Shown: positions 17,300 to 24,799 of the stretch, piece after piece | How positions within the stretch are numbered: the stretch's first letter is position 1 | Layout of the letters: the number at the start of each line of letters is the position of its first letter | Origin: Nonlabens ponticola | GTDB lineage: Bacteria; Bacteroidota; Bacteroidia; Flavobacteriales; Flavobacteriaceae | Direction of reading: 5' to 3' | DNA: 32,000 bases | NCBI RefSeq assembly: GCF_003966335.1 | Contig: NZ_CP034549.1 | Coordinates: 690,001 to 722,000 of the forward strand | Notes under the pieces: model-generated | What the model saw: only the letters and a program-made list of their open reading frames with translations | Told to the model about the DNA's origin: nothing | Databases searched by the model: none | Position numbers and translations under genes: made by a program

Positions 17300-18016
17300 A
17301 TGTACGCAATCGTAGAGATAGCAGGGCAACAATTCAAGATCGAGCAAGATCAGAAGTTGTACGTACATCGCCTACAAGAGGATGAAGGAAAGACCATTTC
17401 CATCGATAAGGTTCTCTTAATAGGTGACGGCGACAACATCACTCTCGGCGCCCCAGCTATAGAAGGAGCATTTGCTGAGGCAAAAGTTCTGGGACACCTT
17501 AAAGGTGACAAAGTAATCGTTTTCAAGAAGAAACGTAGAAAAGGATACCGCAAGAAAAACGGTCACAGACAGTATTTGTCAGAGATTCAGATTTCAAGCA
17601 TATCTGCAAAAGGTGGTAAAAAGTCTTCTTCTAGTTCCGCTTCCGCGAAAGCAAAAAAAGACGACAAACCAGTTGCAAAAGAAGTAAAACCTACCGAAGC
17701 TCCTAAGGGCGAAGTAGCAAAGAAAGAAGCGCCAGCAAAAAAAGCTCCAGCTAAAAAAGCTACTGCCAAAGGTGATGATCTTAAAAAGATTGAAGGTATA
17801 GGTCCTAAAATCGCCAGCACACTAGCTGATGCAGGAATGGGAACATTTGCAGAGTTAGCAAAAGCTGATCCAGCAAAAATCTCTGAAATCATTGCTGATG
17901 TAAGAGGCAATCACGTGCCAGATACATGGCCACAACAAGCTCAACTTGCTGCAGATGGTAAGTGGGATGAATTAAAAGAACTTCAAGATCGTCTTGACGG
18001 CGGCGTTGAAAAATAA
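17300..18016 (+). CDS. rplU: 50S ribosomal protein L21 with a C-terminal extension of about 135 aa (Lys/Ala/Pro-rich linker plus helix-hairpin-helix-like domain)
   Basis: MYAIVEIAGQQFKIEQDQ.. is canonical L21 for about 103 aa. It is followed by KKSSSSSASAKAKKDDKPVAKEVKPTEAPKGEVAKKEAPAKKAPAKKATAK and then DDLKKIEGIGPKIASTLADAGMGTFAELA...WPQQAQLAADGKWDELKELQDRL. Confidence 0.9.
   Translation: MYAIVEIAGQQFKIEQDQKLYVHRLQEDEGKTISIDKVLLIGDGDNITLGAPAIEGAFAEAKVLGHLKGDKVIVFKKKRRKGYRKKNGHRQYLSEIQISSISAKGGKKSSSSSASAKAKKDDKPVAKEVKPTEAPKGEVAKKEAPAKKAPAKKATAKGDDLKKIEGIGPKIASTLADAGMGTFAELAKADPAKISEIIADVRGNHVPDTWPQQAQLAADGKWDELKELQDRLDGGVEK
17639..17652. repeat. 1-mismatch copy GCTTcCGCGAAAGC (inside the rplU tail, read as A-S-A-K-A)
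   Basis: 13 of 14 positions match. Its left flank AGTTCC is identical to that of the arfB copy. Confidence 0.7.
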
Positions 18017-18058
18017 GTATAACCGCTCTCGATAGATCGAGACATTAAATAAATTATC

Positions 18059-18322
18059 ATGGCTCACAAAAAAGGAGTAGGTAGTTCTAAAAACGGTAGA
18101 GAATCAGAATCGAAACGCCTAGGCGTGAAGATTTTTGGTGGACAAGATGCAGTTGCTGGTAATATTATCATACGCCAGCGCGGTATGGAGCATCACCCAG
18201 GTGAGAACGTGTATGCAGGTAAAGATTTTACCCTACACGCTCAAGTTGATGGTGTTGTTAAATTCACTAAGAAGAGAAATAATAGATCATACGTATCTAT
18301 CGTACCAGGAGCTGAGGCTTAA
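18059..18322 (+). CDS. rpmA: 50S ribosomal protein L27
   Basis: [24 protein letters not shown].., 87 aa, immediately after rplU. Confidence 0.95.
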   Translation: MAHKKGVGSSKNGRESESKRLGVKIFGGQDAVAGNIIIRQRGMEHHPGENVYAGKDFTLHAQVDGVVKFTKKRNNRSYVSIVPGAEA

Positions 18323-18346
18323 TTAGTTCTCAAACATTATTTTAAA

Positions 18347-18382
18347 ATCTCAATCAGGAAACTGGTTGGGATTTTTGTTTTT
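18347..18382 (+). terminator. intrinsic terminator of rplU-rpmA
   Basis: An 11-bp stem (AUCUCAAUCAG pairs with CUGGUUGGGAU, two G-U pairs), a GAAA tetraloop, then TTTTTGTTTTT. Confidence 0.75.
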
Positions 18383-18402
18383 ATAGCTACTTTTCTACTA
18401 TC

Positions 18403-18999
18403 ATGAAGTATCCAAAACTAGCAAAGCAAATCATCGATCTCAAGAAGGCAGATCTCGCGATGCGTGATAGATTAATCGAATCTAGCGAGTTGAATGATGG
18501 CTATAATGAACAAATGGAAGCGTTGCACAATGTGAATGCTGACAAGTTGCAGGATATTATTGATGAGATAGGTTTTCCTAGTATAGATAAAGTAGGCAAA
18601 GAGGCGAGCGATGCGGCCTGGCTAGTGATACAACACGCCATTTCCAAACCTCTTTTCATGAAATCATGTTTGACTCATTTACAACGGTTAGCTAATAATG
18701 AAGATGCGTATCGTATACCGATTGCCTACCTGTCTGATCGTATAGCGGTATTTCAAGATAAACCACAGCTATATGGTACCCAGTTTGATTGGGATGATCA
18801 AGGTATGATGAGTCCACAATTAATGGACGATGCAGGTCTTGTGAACCAGCGCCGTCATGAGCTAGGGTTGAATACCGTTGAGCAACAGACTATAATAATG
18901 AGGCGACAAGCGGTAAAAGAAAGCGAAGTACCTCAAGATTCAGGAGCTCGCAAAAAAGAGTATGACGAGTGGCGCAAGAAAGTAGGTTGGATTAGATAA
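18403..18999 (+). CDS. hypothetical protein (DUF6624-like)
   Basis: 198-aa ORF with normal coding composition. No catalytic motif recognised. Confidence 0.55.
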   Translation: MKYPKLAKQIIDLKKADLAMRDRLIESSELNDGYNEQMEALHNVNADKLQDIIDEIGFPSIDKVGKEASDAAWLVIQHAISKPLFMKSCLTHLQRLANNEDAYRIPIAYLSDRIAVFQDKPQLYGTQFDWDDQGMMSPQLMDDAGLVNQRRHELGLNTVEQQTIIMRRQAVKESEVPQDSGARKKEYDEWRKKVGWIR

Positions 19000-19001
19000 G
19001 G

Positions 19002-19367
19002 CTATTGGTTGTCCTTAAAAGTCCCAATATGCCACAGGATTCCCAATGGATCGTGCAGGAAGAATTCGTCGCCCCAATCGTCTTTTACAATTTCAGATAG
19101 TTTTGATTTTGGGAATTTCTCCTTGAGATCAAGAGATTTAAAACCCTGATGAGTTTCCTCAAGATCACTAACTTCTAAAAAGAGCATGGTATTATCAACC
19201 CAATCTTTTACATAGGCATCCTGCAAGTAAAAGCCGAAGCCATTATAATCAAAATAGGACATGCTGTAAGACGACCATAATTCCTTGAAGCCTAGGGTCA
19301 AGTAAAACTCTTTAGAAGTTTTAAAGTCTGCAGATCCTATAAAAGGTCTTACTGATTTGATTTTCAT
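19002..19367 (-). CDS. VOC / glyoxalase-bleomycin-resistance family protein
   Basis: 121 aa with a beta-alpha-beta-beta-beta-type pattern (FYLTLGF.., FYLQD.., WGDEFFLHDPLGILWHI). Confidence 0.6.
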   Translation of the reverse strand: MKIKSVRPFIGSADFKTSKEFYLTLGFKELWSSYSMSYFDYNGFGFYLQDAYVKDWVDNTMLFLEVSDLEETHQGFKSLDLKEKFPKSKLSEIVKDDWGDEFFLHDPLGILWHIGTFKDNQ

Positions 19368-19369
19368 AG

Positions 19370-19729
19370 TTAATTGATCAAACCGTGACGAGAGAAAACA
19401 GTAATAAGAGAATCTACAAATTCACGCTGTTCCAATTGACCTTTGTTGGCTATTTGAATTGTGTAAACGTCAGTCATATTACCTGGTGTTGCTATCACGG
19501 TATCCATAACATTTTTGAGCGACTCAGTAAGTTTTGAAACCGGCCAATTGGTCATCTGGATAGAGTCCTGAGTGATCTTTAAACCTGCATCTCCATAAAT
19601 ACCTACTGGATTACCAGCCTCAATATAACCGCTTAGATTTTCGGTTTCTATTGTTTTGCGCTGGAAGTCGTTGGTGCAGGATGATAGAAAAATGACAAGC
19701 AATAATATTGGAATGTAAGCAGTTTTCAT
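19370..19729 (-). CDS. small lipoprotein, function unknown
   Basis: The ATG at 19729 gives MKTAYIPILLLVIFLSSC, a signal peptide plus lipobox. The track start at 19750 is TTG. Confidence 0.6.
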   Translation of the reverse strand: MKTAYIPILLLVIFLSSCTNDFQRKTIETENLSGYIEAGNPVGIYGDAGLKITQDSIQMTNWPVSKLTESLKNVMDTVIATPGNMTDVYTIQIANKGQLEQREFVDSLITVFSRHGLIN

Positions 19730-19803
19730 AAGCGCGTTTAGAGGGAACAAGAACGGATTATTTTGTTCAAAATTACTATAGGTGATTTATAGTTAAAGGT
19801 AGT

Positions 19804-20211
19804 TTAGGATTTATGATCACCCTTTTTCGGTTTCAATAAATCCATAAGTTCTTTTTTCTGATAGGGCATTTTCATTGTTCTTCTATCACTAATTAAACCA
19901 TAATCCATCCACATTAATTCAGAACCATCTTCGATATCTTCATAAATAGGGATTAATTCTCCAATTCCAACAAAGGACGATTCCATTTCTATTTTGTCGG
20001 AATTAACGAATTTATAGTTACATTCTTTTCCTAATTGCACAGCCTTATCAAACGCATGTTCTGCAGAATTAGCTTTTATTAAGTGGTGGTTTCCCCAGGT
20101 CATTACTCTGCGCAGATCTTGTGTTTGATCTCGATTAGCTGGTTCACACTTTTCAATAATTTCTACAATAAACCAATTATTTTTCTCCACTGATATTTTT
20201 TCTTGAGACAT
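19804..20211 (-). CDS. hypothetical protein, DUF4288-like
   Basis: 135 aa. The pattern NNWFIVEIIEKC ... AFDKAVQLGKE ... FVGIGELIPIYEDIEDGSEL resembles DUF4288, judged from memory. Confidence 0.45.
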   Translation of the reverse strand: MSQEKISVEKNNWFIVEIIEKCEPANRDQTQDLRRVMTWGNHHLIKANSAEHAFDKAVQLGKECNYKFVNSDKIEMESSFVGIGELIPIYEDIEDGSELMWMDYGLISDRRTMKMPYQKKELMDLLKPKKGDHKS

Positions 20212-20225
20212 GATTTGTTGGTCTA

Positions 20226-20255
20226 TAAAAAAGCCCCAAATAAAATTTGAGGCTT
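20226..20255 (-). terminator. intrinsic terminator after the 72-aa ORF (end of the ahcY transcription unit)
   Basis: On the minus strand, AAGCCUCAAA pairs with UUUGGGGCUU (one mismatch) around a 5-nt loop, followed by TTTTTTAT. It begins 8 nt after the stop. Confidence 0.7.
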
Positions 20256-20262
20256 TCTAGTG

Positions 20263-20481
20263 TTATGGACGTCCTTTGAGACGTTTCTCTATCTTCTGTT
20301 TCTTGACGGTCATTTCTTTCATGAGATCCATGATGTCTTCGTCTTTCGTTTCCTTGTATATCTCGTTAAGTGCCAATACTATTCTCTTGCCTTTACGAGA
20401 TGCATGAACACGATCACTCGTGGACATGTTGCTCATCGACATGCCGATGTATTCTTTAGCTTCTTCTTTTAATTCCTCCAT
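20263..20481 (-). CDS. hypothetical 72-aa charged protein
   Basis: ORF with an ATG start, K/E-rich and helical-looking. No family recognised. Confidence 0.4.
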   Translation of the reverse strand: MEELKEEAKEYIGMSMSNMSTSDRVHASRKGKRIVLALNEIYKETKDEDIMDLMKEMTVKKQKIEKRLKGRP

Positions 20482-20579
20482 TAATTGTATTTAAATAGGC
20501 TAGCTATTTGTCACTAGCAACTTTCGCATAAGCGAAACAATCATTATTTATATAGTCGCGGGAATATAGTAAAACATTC

Positions 20580-21896
20580 CTAATATCTATAATATTCTGG
20601 CTTATATGGTCCAGCTACTTCTACGCCTATATAATCTGCCTGGTCTTTCTTAAGTTCGGTAAGCTCTGCGCCCATTCTTGAAAGGTGCAGTGCTGCTACT
20701 TTCTCGTCTAGATGCTTAGGCAACATATATACCTTATTTTCATAGGCATCTACATTTGTCCAGAGCTCAATTTGCGCCAGTGTCTGGTTTGTAAAGGAGT
20801 TACTCATTACAAAACTTGGGTGACCTGTTGCACAACCTAGGTTAACTAGACGACCTTCAGCTAGCAAGATAATATCCTTACCGTCAATCGTGTACTTATC
20901 CACCTGTGGCTTGATTTCGGTTTTGGTATCGCCGTAGTTATTGTTTAAGAAAGCGACATCGATCTCGTTATCAAAGTGACCTATGTTACAAACGATCACC
21001 TTGTCGCGCATGCTCTTGAAATGCTCACCACGTATGATGTCTTTATTACCAGTAGTTGTGATAACTACATCTGCAGTACCAACAACGCTTTCTAGTTTCT
21101 TAACTTCAAATCCATCCATCACGGCTTGCAACGCACAGATTGGGTCAATCTCAGTTACTGTAACTATAGAACCAGCACCTCTAAATGATGCTGCGGTACC
21201 TTTACCTACATCACCATAACCGCAAACTACCACACGCTTACCAGCTAGCATGGTATCTGTTGCACGACGTACGGCATCTACTGCACTCTCGCGACAACCG
21301 TACTTATTGTCAAATTTAGATTTGGTTACAGAATCATTCACATTGATGGCAGGCATTACCAGCGTTCCATTTTTCATGCGCTCGTATAATCTGTGTACTC
21401 CAGTGGTAGTCTCTTCAGACAATCCATTGATTCCTGCTGCAAGTTCTGGGAACTCGTCAAAAACCATGTTAGTCAAATCACCACCATCATCTAGGATCAT
21501 ATTGAGTGGCTTGCGATCTTCACCAAAGAAGAGCGTTTGCTCGATACACCAATTAAATTCTTCTTCATTCATACCTTTCCAGGCATAAACAGGAATACCA
21601 GCAGCGGCGATAGCAGCAGCAGCATGATCCTGTGTAGAGAAAATATTACAACTGGACCAGGTAACATCTGCACCTAGGGCGACAAGCGTCTCGATAAGTA
21701 CGGCTGTTTGTATGGTCATATGCAAGCATCCAGCGATGCGCGCACCTTTAAGCGGCTGTGATTCACCATACTCTTCTCTCAATGCCATAAGTCCTGGCAT
21801 TTCCGCCTCGGCAAGTTCTATTTCTAGACGGCCGTATTCTGCTAGTGAGATGTCCTTTACTTTGTAAGGTACGTATGGGATGGTTTCTGTGCTCAT
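20580..21896 (-). CDS. ahcY: adenosylhomocysteinase
   Basis: 438 aa. [27 protein letters not shown].., NAD-binding motif [14 protein letters not shown], and C-terminal ..[10 protein letters not shown]. Confidence 0.95.
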   Translation of the reverse strand: MSTETIPYVPYKVKDISLAEYGRLEIELAEAEMPGLMALREEYGESQPLKGARIAGCLHMTIQTAVLIETLVALGADVTWSSCNIFSTQDHAAAAIAAAGIPVYAWKGMNEEEFNWCIEQTLFFGEDRKPLNMILDDGGDLTNMVFDEFPELAAGINGLSEETTTGVHRLYERMKNGTLVMPAINVNDSVTKSKFDNKYGCRESAVDAVRRATDTMLAGKRVVVCGYGDVGKGTAASFRGAGSIVTVTEIDPICALQAVMDGFEVKKLESVVGTADVVITTTGNKDIIRGEHFKSMRDKVIVCNIGHFDNEIDVAFLNNNYGDTKTEIKPQVDKYTIDGKDIILLAEGRLVNLGCATGHPSFVMSNSFTNQTLAQIELWTNVDAYENKVYMLPKHLDEKVAALHLSRMGAELTELKKDQADYIGVEVAGPYKPEYYRY

Positions 21897-21982
21897 AAAT
21901 TGATTTTCTAATTACTTATAAGTGGCTGATCCCTTTAAAAACCAACAACTTAATAGCATAAATTATTCTTAAATTGCGAGTG

Positions 21983-21990
21983 CAAAATTA
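21983..21990 (-). promoter_or_regulatory. candidate -7 box (TAATTTTG) for ahcY
   Basis: The minus strand reads TAATTTTG, 87 nt upstream of the ahcY ATG. No clear -33 element. Confidence 0.35.
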
Positions 21991-22010
21991 CGAATAAAGC
22001 AGCAGATTTC

Positions 22011-22643
22011 ATGCCTCTTATTAAAACCATAACAAATGCCTTTAATTCGACCGTTTACGTGTGGAATATTCAAGAATCAGAGGCATGGTTAAGATCAGGA
22101 ATAGAGCTCAATCAAAATAGTATCAACAGGCTATTTACCATGTCGTCAGAACTGCACAGACGTGGATTTTTAAGCATCAGGCATCTGCTTGACGCGGCAG
22201 GTTACAACGATCACGATTTATTCTATGATGATCATGGTAAGCCACATCTACGAGATGGTCGTAACATAAGCATCACGCACAGTTTTGAATATACCGCTGT
22301 TATCGTGAGCGATGTTGCAACTGGTATTGATATTGAAAAGCAGCGTGAGAAAATCAAACGCATTGCCATTAAGTTCATAGGTTATGAGAAAGAATACCTC
22401 TCGCAATCCCTAAATGAGGTAGAAGATTTGACGGTTATTTGGGGCGCCAAAGAATCTATGTATAAAAGCATTAGCAAGAAAGGTCTAGGTTTTAAGGAGC
22501 ATTGTAAAGTCTCAAAATTTGAGCAAAAAGATCAAAAAACGACCTGCAAAGCCGTTTTTGAGGGCAATACGTGGCATTATGAGGCCTTTTTCACCTCTTT
22601 TGAAGATTTTACACTTGTTTACATTTTACCAGCGACGGCATGA
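22011..22643 (+). CDS. Sfp-type 4'-phosphopantetheinyl transferase
   Basis: 210 aa with PPTase motifs ISITHS, GIDIEK and WGAKESMYK. Confidence 0.8.
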   Translation: MPLIKTITNAFNSTVYVWNIQESEAWLRSGIELNQNSINRLFTMSSELHRRGFLSIRHLLDAAGYNDHDLFYDDHGKPHLRDGRNISITHSFEYTAVIVSDVATGIDIEKQREKIKRIAIKFIGYEKEYLSQSLNEVEDLTVIWGAKESMYKSISKKGLGFKEHCKVSKFEQKDQKTTCKAVFEGNTWHYEAFFTSFEDFTLVYILPATA

Positions 22644-23368
22644 CAATCCTAGAAAGCATCAAGCTGCACAATCGCACATTGAGTATTTTATTGGATCCAG
22701 AAAAGATGTCGCTGGATGATGTTTCAGCTTTCGCGAAAGCGTTATCATCAAACACCTCACACCTAACAAAATCATTGCGTCTAGATCAAATTTTATTGCT
22801 AGTAGGCGGCAGTACCATGCACGACGTTTCCATCGATAAATGGCTGACTCACTTGAAACAAGTTGTTGATTTGCAAATCGTGCTTTTTCCAGGATCTGCC
22901 AGTCAGGTAAGCGAGCAGGCGCATGGCTTGTTGTTTTTAAACTTGATATCAGGTCGCAATCCAGAATTTTTAATCGGCCAGCAGGTAAAGGCAGCTGCTC
23001 AATTGAGAAATACCACGCTGGAAATTATACCTACCGCTTATCTATTGCTGGATGGTGGTCATGAGTCTGCGGTGAGTAGAGTTTCACAAACGCTGCCTAT
23101 GTCACAAGTGGATCACATGGCAATTTCTAATACTGCGCTAGCTGGTCAACTCATGGGCAACCAACTTATCTATCTGGAAGCAGGTAGTGGCGCACGATTT
23201 CCCGTATCGCCACAAATTGTCTCCAAGGTGAGCGATATATTGTCCATACCTGTTATCGTAGGCGGTGGATTAAAAACGATTGAGGATATCAACAATAGAT
23301 TTGATGCTGGTGCTAGTATGGTAGTGGTAGGCACGGCATGGGAAAATGATCTCAACTGGAAAGGTTAG
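22640..23368 (+). CDS. geranylgeranylglyceryl-phosphate synthase family (GGGPS/PcrB-like) prenyltransferase
   Basis: ILLDPEK, VGGS, IYLEAGSGA, VIVGGGLK and VVVGTA blocks are characteristic of the PcrB/GGGPS TIM-barrel family. The start overlaps the PPTase stop (ATGA). Confidence 0.8.
   Translation: MTILESIKLHNRTLSILLDPEKMSLDDVSAFAKALSSNTSHLTKSLRLDQILLLVGGSTMHDVSIDKWLTHLKQVVDLQIVLFPGSASQVSEQAHGLLFLNLISGRNPEFLIGQQVKAAAQLRNTTLEIIPTAYLLLDGGHESAVSRVSQTLPMSQVDHMAISNTALAGQLMGNQLIYLEAGSGARFPVSPQIVSKVSDILSIPVIVGGGLKTIEDINNRFDAGASMVVVGTAWENDLNWKG
22727..22740. repeat. iterated palindrome copy 5 (inside the GGGPS CDS, read as A-F-A-K-A)
   Basis: Exact 14-mer. Right flank is GTTA. Confidence 0.95.
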
Positions 23369-23390
23369 ATTTGTCCAAAATCTAATTATT

Positions 23391-23651
23391 ATGGAAGTCT
23401 CCATCGAGCTCACCATGTCACCATTGCAGGACGACTTTGAACAACACATTATTGACTTTATTAAAGTCTTGCGTTCGTCGCCTTTCAAGGTTCTAGAGAA
23501 CCCGCTATCAACTCAAATTTTTGGTGAGTTTACAGATGTAATGTCTTTCTTGACAGATGCGATTGAAGACAGTATGAGCAATCAAGACGCGGTTCTTATC
23601 TATATGAAGTTGGTAAAATCAAACCGTGCCGACTATACACCACATTTCTAG
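23391..23651 (+). CDS. YkoF-like (thiamine/HMP-binding ACT-type) single-domain protein
   Basis: The ATG at 23391 gives MEVSIELTMSPLQDDFEQHIIDFIKVL.., which resembles the YkoF repeat (FSLYPMTDDFISVIKSAL, recalled from B. subtilis YkoF). Its stop directly abuts the pnuC ATG (TAGATG). Confidence 0.55.
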   Translation: MEVSIELTMSPLQDDFEQHIIDFIKVLRSSPFKVLENPLSTQIFGEFTDVMSFLTDAIEDSMSNQDAVLIYMKLVKSNRADYTPHF

Positions 23652-24287
23652 ATGGAGGTTTGGGATTTTGTTTTTGGTCAGTATAAAGACTACCCAACTT
23701 CATTTTTATGGTTGGAACTGGTCGCGTGTGCATGTACGGTAATAAGTGCTCTATGTTCATGGCGCAATAGTATTTGGGTATTTCCATTCGGTATTGTGAG
23801 CACATCAATCTTTACCTACCTATGCCTACAATGGAATTTATTAGGCGATACTTTAATAAATGCATATTACTTTATTATGAGTATTTATGGATGGTATATC
23901 TGGTCGCGCAAAGTAGATAAAGATACTTTTACTCCAATTACTAGAACCAATATGATAGAATGGTATAAGACGGCTTTATTATTCATTGCTTCAGCCATAT
24001 TTGTGTACATGATTTACTGGTATTTTGATAGATTTGAGACGATCGTAAGCTATGCAGATATCATTACAACCGGTTTTTTCTTTTCTGGAATGTACTTAAT
24101 GGCACTGCGCAAGATTGAGCACTGGTTGGTGTTATTAATAGGTAATGTAATATCAGTACCGTTATATTTTTACAAAGGATACAGCTTTAGCGCTATACTA
24201 TACATAATATTGATTGTATTAGTATTTATAGGATACCAGCAGTGGAAGAAATACCTCAACAATCCAGATTCAGTGGTCGCAGGATAG
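23652..24287 (+). CDS. pnuC: PnuC-family nicotinamide riboside (or related vitamin) transporter
   Basis: 211 aa, 7 TM-like spans, with PnuC-type W/Y-rich motifs (NAYYFIMSIYGWYIW). Confidence 0.8.
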   Translation: MEVWDFVFGQYKDYPTSFLWLELVACACTVISALCSWRNSIWVFPFGIVSTSIFTYLCLQWNLLGDTLINAYYFIMSIYGWYIWSRKVDKDTFTPITRTNMIEWYKTALLFIASAIFVYMIYWYFDRFETIVSYADIITTGFFFSGMYLMALRKIEHWLVLLIGNVISVPLYFYKGYSFSAILYIILIVLVFIGYQQWKKYLNNPDSVVAG

Positions 24288-24799
24288 TGCTCTATGGTCC
24301 TGAAAGTACTGGTAAAAGTACGTTAGGTAAACAATTATCCCTGTATTATAATGAACCATTGGTATTAGAATATGCGCGGGAATACTTGCAAAAAAGATTT
24401 GATGTCAACAGTCACATTTGTTCGTATGATGATATTGTTCCTATAGCTATTGGACAACGCCATCTAGAGATTCAAGGAGAGAAAGATGCAAGAGACCTTG
24501 TCATATTAGATACTAATTTGCTAGAGACGGCAGTATATAGTGAGGCATACTTTAGTAAGGTGCCACAAGAATTAGAAAAAGCTATCGCAACCTCAAGCTA
24601 TGATTTGTATCTACTAATGGACATTGACGTTGAATGGACACCAGATGATCTAAGAGACAAGCCACAAGAACGTGTTCAAATGTTTAACTTTTTTGAAAAG
24701 ACGCTGGTTGAACGCAAACTTGATTATAGTGTAGTATCTGGAATCGATGATGAACGATTGAAAAATGCCATCCAGGTAATAGAAAGTAGTAAGCAATGA
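24242..24799 (+). CDS. NadR-C-terminal-type ribosylnicotinamide kinase-like P-loop ATPase (no HTH or NMNAT domain)
   Basis: It can be aligned by eye to the E. coli NadR RNK domain: GPESTGKSTL~GGESSGKSTL, EYAREY~EYGRDY, ILDTNLLET~FIDTDFVTT, YDLYLLMDIDVEWTPDDLRD~FDLVILLENNTPWVADGLRS. A GTG start at 24242 is assumed, which overlaps pnuC by 46 nt; the start is uncertain. Confidence 0.75.
   Translation: MEEIPQQSRFSGRRIVLYGPESTGKSTLGKQLSLYYNEPLVLEYAREYLQKRFDVNSHICSYDDIVPIAIGQRHLEIQGEKDARDLVILDTNLLETAVYSEAYFSKVPQELEKAIATSSYDLYLLMDIDVEWTPDDLRDKPQERVQMFNFFEKTLVERKLDYSVVSGIDDERLKNAIQVIESSKQ

Noticed and set aside
17587-17910. 107-aa minus-strand ORF inside rplU
   Set aside because: It is antisense to the Lys/Ala-rich L21 tail. 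The GC-skewed low-complexity sequence keeps the opposite frame open by chance.
21897-22010. Possible SAH or SAM-type riboswitch upstream of ahcY
   Set aside because: The 114-nt leader is AT-rich. I could find no GC-rich pseudoknot or helix pattern, only a candidate -7 promoter box.
23369-23390. Possible TPP or other riboswitch ahead of the YkoF-like/pnuC genes
   Set aside because: Only 22 nt separate the genes, which is far too short for any riboswitch aptamer.
24287-24289. Alternative GTG start for the NadR-type kinase that would remove the 46-nt overlap with pnuC
   Set aside because: It would leave only 2 residues before the Walker-A glycine, whereas the P-loop needs a preceding beta-strand. 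The start at 24242 was kept, flagged as uncertain.
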